This document shows positions 49,259 to 57,160 of a stretch of DNA of 64,000 nucleotides, piece after piece (the first letter of the stretch is position 1; the number at the start of each line of letters is the position of its first letter). The stretch comes from Syntrophales bacterium. Lineage in GTDB: Bacteria > Desulfobacterota > Syntrophia > Syntrophales > UBA8958. The DNA is taken from NCBI GenBank assembly GCA_035448805.1, contig DAOTJR010000004.1, positions 35,848-99,847 of the forward strand, written 5' to 3'. The notes under the pieces were generated by a model. It was not told the origin of the DNA, made no database searches, and saw nothing but the letters and a program-made list of their open reading frames with translations. The position numbers and the translations under genes were made by a program.

Positions 49259-51529
49259 ATGCCGGATAACGACAAAACGATACTCCCTCCGGTCGCCCTG
49301 CCCCTGAGCGAGCTGCCCGAGGGCGCAGAGGGCGTCGTCGCCTCCCTGGCCGGCGGCCGGGAACTGGCGGGCCGCCTGGCGGGGATGGGGATCTCCCTGA
49401 ACGCCCGTATCCGGATGCTCCGCAACAGCAGCGGCCTGATCATGGTTCAGGTCGGGGAAACGCGGATCGCCCTGGGTCATGGGGAGGCGGAGAAGATCGT
49501 TGTTCACCGGAGCGAACCGTCTCCGGAAGCGGAACCGTCTCCGGCGGCGCCGCGGCGTATCCTCGTAGCTTTGGCCGGCCAGCCCAATGTGGGCAAATCG
49601 ACGGTGTTCAATATCCTGACCGGCCTCTCCCAGCATGTGGGCAACTGGCCGGGCAAGACGGTGGAAAAAAAGGAAGGGGCCTACGTCTGCCGGGAGGGGG
49701 ACCTTTGCATCGTCGATCTCCCCGGCACCTACAGTCTCACGGCCTTTTCCGAGGAGGAGCGGGTCGCCCGGGACTTCATCCTCGACGAAAAACCCGATGT
49801 CATCGTCCTGCTGGCCAATGCCGCCGCCCTGGACCGGAGCCTGTACCTGCTTACGGAACTGCTTCTCCTCGGTCCGCCGGTGATCGTCGCCGTGAATATG
49901 ATCGACGTGGCGGAAACCCAGGGGATCCGGATCGACATCCCCGCCCTGGAGCGGGCCCTCGGGTTGCCCGTGGTGGGGATGATCGCCAAGAAGAACCAGG
50001 GGATCCGGGAGCTCATCAACCTGATCATCTCCCTCCGGCGGGGCGATATTTCCTATCAGCCGCGGCTTCCCGACATCGCCGCCGATCACCGGGACATATA
50101 CGAGGAGATCAAAGGGGTCATGGCGACGTACCTCCCGGAGCACCCCCGGCACAACTGGCTGGCGACGAAATTCATGGAGGGGGATGCGGAGGTGTCGAGG
50201 AAGATCGCCGCGGCGCTTCCCCCGGAAATCTGGACGCGCCTCCAGGGGATTCTGGTCAAGCACGAGGACTCCCTCCATGCCGTCGTGGGCGGCCGCTACG
50301 ACTGGATCGAGGCCGCCACCCGTTCCGCCGTCTCCCGGTTCAAGATGGGGCAGGTGGTCATGACGGACCGCCTCGACCACATCCTGACCCGTCCCGTTTA
50401 TGGTATCCCCATCCTTTTGGCCGTCTTTGCCGGGGTCTTCCTGATCACCTATAAGGTGGGATACCCCCTGCAAAAGGGACTGGAATGGCTGGTAAGGGCC
50501 CTGGCCCGGCAGGCGGCGCCCTGCCTTGCCTCCTTTGACCCCTGGGTAAGGGGGCTGCTCATCGACGGCGTCATCGGCGGCGCCGGTTCCGTCCTGACCT
50601 TCCTGCCGATCCTGGTGATCTTCTTCGCCGTCCTGGCGCTTCTGGAAGACGTGGGCTACATGGCCCGGGCGGCCTTCGTCATGGACCGGTTCATGCATCT
50701 CATCGGTCTGCACGGCAAGAGCGTCATCCCCATGTGTCTGGGGTTCGGCTGCAACGTGCCGGCGGTCCTCGGCGCCCGGATCGTCGAGTCGAAAAGGGAG
50801 CGGCTCCTGACGATCTTCCTGTCCCCCTTCATCCCCTGCACCGCCCGGCTGGCGGTCCTGACCTTCGTCACCGCCGCCGTTTTCACCTCCCAGGCCGCCG
50901 TGGTCTCCTGGTCCCTCCTGGCGGGCAACATCCTCCTCCTGGGCCTGACGGGCATGACCGTCAACCGGTTCCTCCTCAAGGACGAACCCCTCCCTTTCAT
51001 CATGGAGTTGCCCCTGTACCACAAGCCGGACCCGCGGACCATCGCCACGGTCATCTGGATCAGGACCCGGGAATTTGTCAGGCGGGCGGGAACGGTCATC
51101 CTCGGGGTTTCGGTCCTGGTCTGGGCGTTGTCCTACTTCCCCCATGGCCGTGTGGAAGACAGCCTGCTGGCGGCGTGCGGTCATTTTATCGAGCCTCTGG
51201 GGCGGCCCCTCGGACTCGACTGGCGCATGATGACCGCCCTGGTGACGAGTGTCGTGGCCAAGGAAAACGCCGTCGCCACCCTGGGCGTTCTTTACGGTGT
51301 CGGGGACGAGGGGCTGGTGCGGGTCCTGCCCACCGTCATGACCCCGGCCTCGGCCCTGTCCTTTCTCGTCGTGCTGATGCTGTTCATCCCCTGCGCGGCG
51401 ACGGTGACGGTGATGAAGCAGGAACTGGGAAGCCGGCGATGGTTCGGCGCCTCTTTCGCCCTGATGCTGGGTCTGGCCTTTCTCCTGGGTTTCGCCGCCT
51501 ACCGGCTGGCCCTGGGACTCGGCCTGTAG
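49259..51529 (+). CDS. feoB: Ferrous iron transporter, FeoA-FeoB fusion
   Basis: The N-terminal region is FeoA SH3-like (LSELPEGAEGVVASL...IRMLRNSSGLIMVQVGETRIALGHGEAEKI). Then the FeoB G-domain (VALAGQPNVGKSTVFN, VDLPGTYSL) and a polytopic Gate-domain C-terminus. Confidence 0.9.
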   Translation: MPDNDKTILPPVALPLSELPEGAEGVVASLAGGRELAGRLAGMGISLNARIRMLRNSSGLIMVQVGETRIALGHGEAEKIVVHRSEPSPEAEPSPAAPRRILVALAGQPNVGKSTVFNILTGLSQHVGNWPGKTVEKKEGAYVCREGDLCIVDLPGTYSLTAFSEEERVARDFILDEKPDVIVLLANAAALDRSLYLLTELLLLGPPVIVAVNMIDVAETQGIRIDIPALERALGLPVVGMIAKKNQGIRELINLIISLRRGDISYQPRLPDIAADHRDIYEEIKGVMATYLPEHPRHNWLATKFMEGDAEVSRKIAAALPPEIWTRLQGILVKHEDSLHAVVGGRYDWIEAATRSAVSRFKMGQVVMTDRLDHILTRPVYGIPILLAVFAGVFLITYKVGYPLQKGLEWLVRALARQAAPCLASFDPWVRGLLIDGVIGGAGSVLTFLPILVIFFAVLALLEDVGYMARAAFVMDRFMHLIGLHGKSVIPMCLGFGCNVPAVLGARIVESKRERLLTIFLSPFIPCTARLAVLTFVTAAVFTSQAAVVSWSLLAGNILLLGLTGMTVNRFLLKDEPLPFIMELPLYHKPDPRTIATVIWIRTREFVRRAGTVILGVSVLVWALSYFPHGRVEDSLLAACGHFIEPLGRPLGLDWRMMTALVTSVVAKENAVATLGVLYGVGDEGLVRVLPTVMTPASALSFLVVLMLFIPCAATVTVMKQELGSRRWFGASFALMLGLAFLLGFAAYRLALGLGL

Positions 51530-51599
51530 AGGAATAACGATCGCGGCGGCACCTGCCGCCGCGGCAGGGGCGGTCGCCGCCGGGGACGGAAAAAATATG

Positions 51600-51627
51600 T
51601 TGACTTTCAATGGGGATATTCTTTAAT
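51600..51627 (+). promoter_or_regulatory. sigma70-like promoter candidate for the four-lipoprotein operon (TTGACT-16-TTTAAT)
   Basis: TTGACT at 51600-51605 and TTTAAT at 51622-51627. It is preceded by a 9-bp GC inverted repeat GCGGCGGCA/TGCCGCCGC (51543-51562) just after the feoB stop. Confidence 0.3.
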
Positions 51628-51722
51628 TTCCCGGAGAATCGCCGGGAACCGGGGAGCTTTCTTTGCCCCGGCTTGAAATCCCGGGTGGTTGAAGACCGAA
51701 AATATGCTCGCGAGGTGAACCG

Positions 51723-52712
51723 ATGAAAAAGGGGACCATTTGGTGCCTTTTCCTGTCCCTGTTGTGGCTTCTCAACGGCTGCGCCACTATCGACAAGCCG
51801 GAGGTAAAGGCGATCGACAACAAGCCGCAGGTCAGTCCGGCGCCCCTTCAGCAGAACCTGTCCGCCAAAAAAGGGTTGAAAAGGAAAGTCGCCATCGCCC
51901 GTTTCACCAATGAGACAAAATACGGGCAGAGCTTCTTTCTCGATGAGCAGAAAGACCGGATCGGCAAGCAGGCGGTGGATATTCTGACCAACAAGCTCAT
52001 GCAGACGGACAAATTCATTATGCTGGAACGGGCGGATCTGGACAAGCTGCAGAAGGAGCTGGCGCTGGGAAACGCGGCGCCGCTGAGAAACATGGCCGAT
52101 TACCTCATCGTCGGCTCCATCTCGGAATTCGGCCGCAAAGACACCGGCGAAGTCGGCATCTTCAGCCGGACGAAAAGGCAGACCGCCTTCGCCAAGGTTC
52201 ATATCCGGATGATCGATATCTATACCGGTCAGGTCATTTATTCGGAAGACGGCGAGGGGTCGGCCTTTTCGGAGGCGGGGACCGTGTTCGGTGTGGGCGG
52301 CCGCGCGGGCTATGATTCGACTTTGAACGACAAGGCCCTGGAGGCCGCCATAACCAATCTGGCCTCGAATATCATCGAAAGGCTTCTCGACAAGCCCTGG
52401 CGGGGTTATATCCTGGGACAGGAGGACAATCAGTTGATCATCTCCGGCGGCAAATCCCAGAACATCAATGCCGGTGACGTCTTCACCGTGTATCAGGAGG
52501 GGAAAAAGGTCAAGAACCCCCAGACGAACATGGAAATGACCCTGCCGGCCAAGAAAATCGCGAAGATACAGGTTACGGCGACGCTCGGAGAAACGGCGGA
52601 AAAGGAAGTGTCCCTCTGCAAGGTCATCGAGGGAGAAAGGAACCTGGCCGATTACCAGGCAAAGAACGATTACAGCCGTCTGTTCATCGGCGAGGCGAAG
52701 GAGGGGCTTTGA
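51723..52712 (+). CDS. CsgG-family outer-membrane lipoprotein with a ~90-aa C-terminal extension
   Basis: Lipobox LLNGC. CsgG-like blocks: KVAIARFTNETKYG, FIMLERADLDKLQKE, YLIVGSISEFG, VHIRMIDIYTGQVIY. There is an extra C-terminal beta-rich domain (LIISGGKSQNINAGDVFTVYQEG...). Confidence 0.8.
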   Translation: MKKGTIWCLFLSLLWLLNGCATIDKPEVKAIDNKPQVSPAPLQQNLSAKKGLKRKVAIARFTNETKYGQSFFLDEQKDRIGKQAVDILTNKLMQTDKFIMLERADLDKLQKELALGNAAPLRNMADYLIVGSISEFGRKDTGEVGIFSRTKRQTAFAKVHIRMIDIYTGQVIYSEDGEGSAFSEAGTVFGVGGRAGYDSTLNDKALEAAITNLASNIIERLLDKPWRGYILGQEDNQLIISGGKSQNINAGDVFTVYQEGKKVKNPQTNMEMTLPAKKIAKIQVTATLGETAEKEVSLCKVIEGERNLADYQAKNDYSRLFIGEAKEGL

Positions 52713-52714
52713 TC

Positions 52715-53035
52715 ATGACCAAGAAATGGTTGGTCTTGGTACTGGCATTGTGGACCCTGGCGGGATGCGGTTACTATGAGGGCGTCGTCCAGCCGACGCC
52801 CCAAAGCTACCTGTCTTTCCTGGGCGATACGGACGGCGCCGTTGCGGTCATCGACGACCGGATCACCCTGAATCTCGGTCAGGAAATGCGGGGGGCGGAA
52901 AATGAAAAGAAGACCGTCCTCTTTCAATTGTCGCCGGGCAGGCACAAGGTGGTCGTGACGAAGAGGGGGCGGGAAGTCGTCAACAGGATCGTCATCGTCG
53001 GCGACGGGGCGACGAAGGAAATCCAGGTGCCATGA
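52715..53035 (+). CDS. Small lipoprotein, PEGA-like beta-sandwich (hypothetical)
   Basis: ATG 52715 follows GAAGGAGGGG. Lipobox TLAGC. LSPGRHKVVVTKRGREVVNRIVIV resembles the PEGA motif. The ORF-track TTG 52709 start is too close to the Shine-Dalgarno. Confidence 0.55.
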   Translation: MTKKWLVLVLALWTLAGCGYYEGVVQPTPQSYLSFLGDTDGAVAVIDDRITLNLGQEMRGAENEKKTVLFQLSPGRHKVVVTKRGREVVNRIVIVGDGATKEIQVP

Positions 53036-53505
53036 ATGTCCCTTTGGTAATCGTTTCCGCCGGGCTGATTCTCTTTCTCTCCGGTTGTGCGGGCGGTCAG
53101 AAAATGTACTACTGGGGCGACTATTCGGATACCCTTTATAAGTACAAGAAAAATCCCTCCGAGCAGTCCCTCCTCGATCACCGGCAGTCCCTGGAAAGGA
53201 TCCTGGAAGAGTCGGCGAAAAACAACCTGCGGGTCCCCCCCGGTGTATATGCGGAGCTGGGCTATATCTATTTCCGGCAGAACAAGAAAGATCTGGCTAT
53301 CCAAAACTTTCAGCGGGAGAAGGCCTTATATCCGGAAGCGACCCTGTTGATGGACAGATTGGAAAAGGCGGCCGTCCTGGCGGATAAACCTAAAGACGAC
53401 CGTGGGCGCACCAAGGAGCCGCCGCCTCCGGACAAAACGGATCGTCATGCCGAAGGGTCGCCGCCGGCTGCCGGCCCCGGCGGGGATAAAAAGGTGGCGC
53501 CATGA
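53032..53505 (+). CDS. DUF4810-like lipoprotein
   Basis: ATGA overlap with the upstream stop. Lipobox FLSGC. MYYWGDYSDTLYKY and a TPR-like helical segment (GVYAELGYIYFRQNKKDLAIQNFQREKALYPEA), then a Pro/Lys-rich tail. The family is named from memory. Confidence 0.65.
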   Translation: MNVPLVIVSAGLILFLSGCAGGQKMYYWGDYSDTLYKYKKNPSEQSLLDHRQSLERILEESAKNNLRVPPGVYAELGYIYFRQNKKDLAIQNFQREKALYPEATLLMDRLEKAAVLADKPKDDRGRTKEPPPPDKTDRHAEGSPPAAGPGGDKKVAP

Positions 53506-54218
53506 AAACCAAGCTCTCCGCCCGGAGGAATCTTCATAAAGCCCTGCTGTTGTTTATCATGCTGATCTGTATCAACCTGAGTGCCTGCGGGCCCAAGATG
53601 ATCACGAAGGGCGACAAATACCCCTTGCTGTATGAGGAACAGCCCGTTTCCATCCTGATTCTTCCCCCCATCAATGAGTCGACGGCGGCGGAGGCGAAAG
53701 ACTATTATGCCACGACGATTCAGGAGCCCCTTTCGTTTTGGGGTTACTACGTTTTCCCTTACGAGATTACGACGGAAATCCTCAAGATGGAGGGCATTTA
53801 TGATACCGAACTCCTGAAGAGTCTGCCGCTGCAAAAGTTCCGGGAATATTTCGGTGCCGATGCCGTCCTGTTTACCACCATAAAAAAGTGGGATCTCTCT
53901 TACCTGGTGATTGCCTCCAACCTGACTGTCTCCGTGGATTGCGAGTTGAAATCGACGCAGTCCAACGCCACCCTCTGGAAGTATAACGGCACCGTCACCG
54001 TGGATCTGTCCGGCGGCAATACCGGCGGCGGCCTGGTGGGGCTCGTCGTCAAAACGGTGGTGACGGCGGTCAGTTCCGCCATGGCGGACTACGTTCCCCA
54101 TGCCCGCACCGCCAATTACCGGGCCCTGCAATCCCTGCCCTACGGTAAGTACCATGCGCTGTACGGCAAGGACCGGACGCAACAATTCATGGATCAACCC
54201 CCGTTGAGCGACAGGTGA
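53502..54218 (+). CDS. DUF799 / GNA1162-like lipoprotein
   Basis: ATGA overlap with the upstream stop. Lipobox NLSAC. SILILPPINES, GYYVFPYEI, FGADAVLFTTIKKW and GGLVGLVVKTVVTAV parallel the N. meningitidis GNA1162 sequence as I recall it. Confidence 0.75.
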   Translation: MKTKLSARRNLHKALLLFIMLICINLSACGPKMITKGDKYPLLYEEQPVSILILPPINESTAAEAKDYYATTIQEPLSFWGYYVFPYEITTEILKMEGIYDTELLKSLPLQKFREYFGADAVLFTTIKKWDLSYLVIASNLTVSVDCELKSTQSNATLWKYNGTVTVDLSGGNTGGGLVGLVVKTVVTAVSSAMADYVPHARTANYRALQSLPYGKYHALYGKDRTQQFMDQPPLSDR

Positions 54219-54412
54219 GACCGGGGGCGGTGCCGCGCCGGCACAACCGCCGGACCTCCCGGCCGTTCCGGATCCCTGTTTCATCCTGACCGTATCTCTC
54301 CGTTGACCGTCATGTCCTGATGACGGCAGGGCGCACGATAAAGATTACCGGCAGGCGGCGGATGTTTTCATATCCGGCCCGGTAGGCGGGATGCCGCCGG
54401 GCCGGGCCGGGA

Positions 54413-55222
54413 TCAAAGATAGGCGTCGATGCCTACCCCTTGCAGGTTGGCGAGTTTGTCGATCAGGAAGGCGATATCGCTTTTCCCCGCGATGATCCCC
54501 CCGTGCTGGGGGGCGATGAGCTCAATGTCCAGGGGGCGGATCTGCTCCATGGCGTATTTCAGCGCCTTCCCGGAGGGCATGATCTTCTGGTGAAACTTGA
54601 TGATATCCGGCAGGGGGCAGTAGGGCCGCCCGATCGGGCAGCTTTTGTAGCCCCGGCAGGTATAGCAGTCCTCCCCCAGGCGGGTATAGAGCTCCCAGGT
54701 CTTCGAGAAGCTGCCGAAGAGATCGCTGCTGAAGAGTGTTTTCGTTTTGGCGTCGTAGGTCACGAAGTTGCCGGCATTGTGGCAGAACGGCGTCCTGAGG
54801 AACCGGAGCTTCCGGCCGTTGAACACGTAACCCCGGTCGGTGAAATTGACGGTCTTCAGCAGGGAGTGGTTTTCCTTGCCCAAGTAATAGGTCAGAAAGA
54901 TCCGGTCCAGGGGATCGGATAAGATCTGCAACGATGGATTGTCGATGATGTCGACAAGGTTGGCCATCGAACCGCACAGGTCGGGATCGTAGTGATGATA
55001 GATGAGCGCCGTGATCTGCCCCGGCTGGAGACCGGCCTGGAGGATCTTCATCATCACCACGGCGAAGTCGGGGCGGCTGCCGCCGTCGATGAGCACGGCC
55101 TGATCCCCTTCCACGATCAGATAGGGGTTGCAGTGGAGATTGGTCTTTTCTTCATAGAAACCCACCCAGGAGATACCGTCGGCGATGGGAATGGGCCGGT
55201 CGTACTCATGCACGCTGTTCAT
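54413..55222 (-). CDS. MBL-fold protein resembling the di-iron domain of flavodiiron proteins / ODP oxygen-binding di-iron sensors
   Basis: ISWVGFYEEKTNLHCNPYLIVEGDQAVLIDGG and IYHHYDPDLCG align with the FprA N-domain pattern (WVG...NAYLI...ALIDT...NHxExDHSG). It has a Cys-rich insert CYTCRGYKSCPIGRPYCP. The ATG overlaps the cyclase stop (ATGA). Confidence 0.7.
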   Translation of the reverse strand: MNSVHEYDRPIPIADGISWVGFYEEKTNLHCNPYLIVEGDQAVLIDGGSRPDFAVVMMKILQAGLQPGQITALIYHHYDPDLCGSMANLVDIIDNPSLQILSDPLDRIFLTYYLGKENHSLLKTVNFTDRGYVFNGRKLRFLRTPFCHNAGNFVTYDAKTKTLFSSDLFGSFSKTWELYTRLGEDCYTCRGYKSCPIGRPYCPLPDIIKFHQKIMPSGKALKYAMEQIRPLDIELIAPQHGGIIAGKSDIAFLIDKLANLQGVGIDAYL

Positions 55223-56040
55223 GATTCAGCTCCTTTCTTGGCGGCGGCGAAATACGCCGGCATGTCGGCCTTGTTTTTCAGGGCGATTTTTCCCCGGGGC
55301 TCGAAGTCGAAGCGGTCTCGTGCCGCCAGATAGGTGGTTTGGGAGACGTTCACCCGCCCGGTGAGGCCCGCGGCCTCGAACCGGGCGGCGATGTTGACGT
55401 CATCTCCGAAGACGTCGAACTGCATCCGTTCCCGGCCGACGACCCCGGCCATGACCCGGCCGGTATGGATTCCCGCCCGCATCTGCACGTCCTGCCGATG
55501 ATTCTTGTTGAAGGCGCCAAGAAATTCAAGAATTTCCAGGGCCGCCTGAATCCCCTGGACGGCATGGTCGGGATAGACCTCCGGAGCGCCGAAGACCACC
55601 ATATAGGCGTCGCCGATGGTCTTGATCTTGGTGCCCCGGCAGCGGGTGATAAGATCGTCGAAGCCGCTGAAGAGCTCATTGATGAGGTCGATCAGGGCCT
55701 CGCCCGTCATCCTTTCGGCCAGCCGGGTGAACCCGGCGATGTCGAGAAAGAGGATGGTGCAGTGGAAGGGCCGGGGGGCATAGTGCCCCCGGTATTTGAT
55801 CTCCTCCGCTACCGGTCCGGGCAGGGTGTTGCGGAGAAGATCCGTAACCCGCCGCTCCAGGGAAACGTACTTTTCGATCAGTTGCTTAAGAAGACGCCGC
55901 TGGAGGCGGGAATCCCCCAGGGCCGCCTGGGAGTCGAGAAAATGCCAGGTCAGCAGCTCGGAATCGGCCCCGTTCCGGTCGGCAAGCCGACAGATATTGC
56001 TGAGATTTTCCTTTTGCAAGGCTCCTGTCCTCCGGGCCAT
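55219..56040 (-). CDS. Class III adenylate/guanylate cyclase (short coiled-coil N-terminus, no sensor domain)
   Basis: Blocks: TILFLDIAGFTRLAE, KTIGDAYMVVFG, GIHTGRVMAGVVG and FDVFGDDVNIAARFE. ATG 56040. The 459-aa ORF-track version runs over the upstream gene in another frame. Confidence 0.87.
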   Translation of the reverse strand: MARRTGALQKENLSNICRLADRNGADSELLTWHFLDSQAALGDSRLQRRLLKQLIEKYVSLERRVTDLLRNTLPGPVAEEIKYRGHYAPRPFHCTILFLDIAGFTRLAERMTGEALIDLINELFSGFDDLITRCRGTKIKTIGDAYMVVFGAPEVYPDHAVQGIQAALEILEFLGAFNKNHRQDVQMRAGIHTGRVMAGVVGRERMQFDVFGDDVNIAARFEAAGLTGRVNVSQTTYLAARDRFDFEPRGKIALKNKADMPAYFAAAKKGAES

Positions 56041-56066
56041 GAATCGGGTTTGCCGGATATGCCGGG

Positions 56067-56594
56067 TCAAAATTCCATTGCCGTCAGCCGCCAGGTCAGG
56101 CCGTGGCGACGCATAATGAACCGCACCGTTCCCTCCGGTCCTTCCGGGACGACGATGGTGAATTCGGCGGGACCGGTATAGGAGAACTCGGTATTCCTCA
56201 GGAAGGCCGCCAACAGGGACCAGGCCCCCGGGGGGCCGGAGTCGCCCGCCGCCGCCGTCATCCTTTCTTTCATGAAAGCCGCCATACCTTCCGGGGTAAC
56301 CAGATCGTCCACCGCCCGGTCCACGAGCCGCCGGACCAGAGAATCGCGGAGATCCTTCCCCGCCGCCGGTGGCTGCTCCCCGGGGACGTTCAGGATCTTG
56401 GCGGTGAGGAAGCGTTTGAGATGCTCCCGCAACCGGTCGAAATCGATGAGCTCCGAGAGCTTCGCCATGTCCTGGGTCTCGAAGGCCGCCATGATTCTGT
56501 AGAGCGCCAGGTAGGGCAGGCTGTAAAAGACGCCCGCGCCCAGGGAGACCAGCAGGCAGCCGGCGATGAGGACGGCCCGTTTCTTCACGGTCAA
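56067..56594 (-). CDS. DUF2939-like membrane-anchored protein
   Basis: N-terminal TM (AVLIAGCLLVSLGAGVFY), then LPYLALYRIMAAFETQDMAKLSELIDFDRLREHLKRFL. The family is named from memory. The ATG overlaps the upstream stop by 4 nt. Confidence 0.6.
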   Translation of the reverse strand: MTVKKRAVLIAGCLLVSLGAGVFYSLPYLALYRIMAAFETQDMAKLSELIDFDRLREHLKRFLTAKILNVPGEQPPAAGKDLRDSLVRRLVDRAVDDLVTPEGMAAFMKERMTAAAGDSGPPGAWSLLAAFLRNTEFSYTGPAEFTIVVPEGPEGTVRFIMRRHGLTWRLTAMEF

Positions 56595-57001
56595 TCACCC
56601 CAGCCGATAACTTCGTAGCCCTTTGTACTCAGGCAGCGGTTTACGAAGGATTTATACAGCGGACTCGGTTCGGAGGCCTTGATGACCCCGGAAACCAGGC
56701 CGGCGGCCGCTCCGGCCGCCGCCCCCACCCCCAGGTCCGACCCGAAGCTTCCCCGCACCGCCCCGACGGCCCCGCCGACCACGGCCCCGCCGGCCCCGCC
56801 GATGACCGTATCCTTGGCGACGGTCTTGGCGGCGTCGGATTTAACATAGGCCTCCGCCTGTTGCCGGCAGTCCGCGATATCCCGATCCGCCTGCTCCTGC
56901 CCTACCGTCTTCAGGTAGGCGTTGGGATAGAGCACGGGACCGGAGGCGCAACCGCCCAGGAACATGATCAGGGCAATGGTGAGACAAAAAAGCCTTTTCA
57001 T
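56591..57001 (-). CDS. Glycine-zipper lipoprotein
   Basis: Lipobox FLGGC. The Gly-zipper segment is VIGGAGGAVVGGAVGAVRGSFGSDLGVGAAAGAAAGLVSGV. 136 aa. It is the first gene of the minus-strand operon. Confidence 0.65.
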   Translation of the reverse strand: MKRLFCLTIALIMFLGGCASGPVLYPNAYLKTVGQEQADRDIADCRQQAEAYVKSDAAKTVAKDTVIGGAGGAVVGGAVGAVRGSFGSDLGVGAAAGAAAGLVSGVIKASEPSPLYKSFVNRCLSTKGYEVIGWGD

Positions 57002-57079
57002 CGCTGACTCCTTTTATCGACCCCCGCCGGGGGGGGACTTTCTGAAGAGGGAAAACCGCCTTTCCCTCACAAATGCGTT

Positions 57080-57160
57080 AGTATGAAAAGACACCGGGGT
57101 GATTTCCATAAATCATTTTCATCGCTCGCCGGTGCCGCCCCGGCATGAAAATTTATATGT
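57080..57160 (+). repeat. 81-nt structured repeat, copy B (74/81 identical to 48324-48404)
   Basis: It has the same three ATGAAAA(T/G)/ATTTTCAT modules. The internal palindrome is perfect here (TGATTTCCATAAATCA, 57100-57115). It lies between the rsmB stop (57374) and the lipoprotein-operon start (57001). Confidence 0.85.

Noticed and set aside
49211-51610. 799-aa minus-strand ORF, and similar giants: 43939-46305 (+), 13781-15397 (-), 16797-18173 (+), 10582-11973 (-), 852-2351 (-), 24513-26003 (-), 26782-28665 (-), 34669-36153 (-), 60746-62146 (+), 40143-41612 (+)
   Set aside because: Each lies antisense to a gene with textbook motifs (feoB, copA, rtcB, amtB, gyrA, kdsB/plsC-like, the PAS kinase, paaK, trkAH, priA, ADH). 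Their translations are Arg/Gly/Pro/His/Asp-rich with no recognisable domains. These are typical stop-codon-poor shadow ORFs of high-GC DNA.
54375-54408. GC-rich hairpins between the convergent DUF799-like and MBL genes (CCGGCCCGG...CCGGGCCGG at ~54375-54408; CCGTCAT...ATGACGG at ~54309-54327) as intrinsic terminators
   Set aside because: The stems are present, but neither is followed by a U-tract on the relevant strand. They may still act as Rho-dependent or bidirectional pause sites, but cannot be called terminators from sequence alone.
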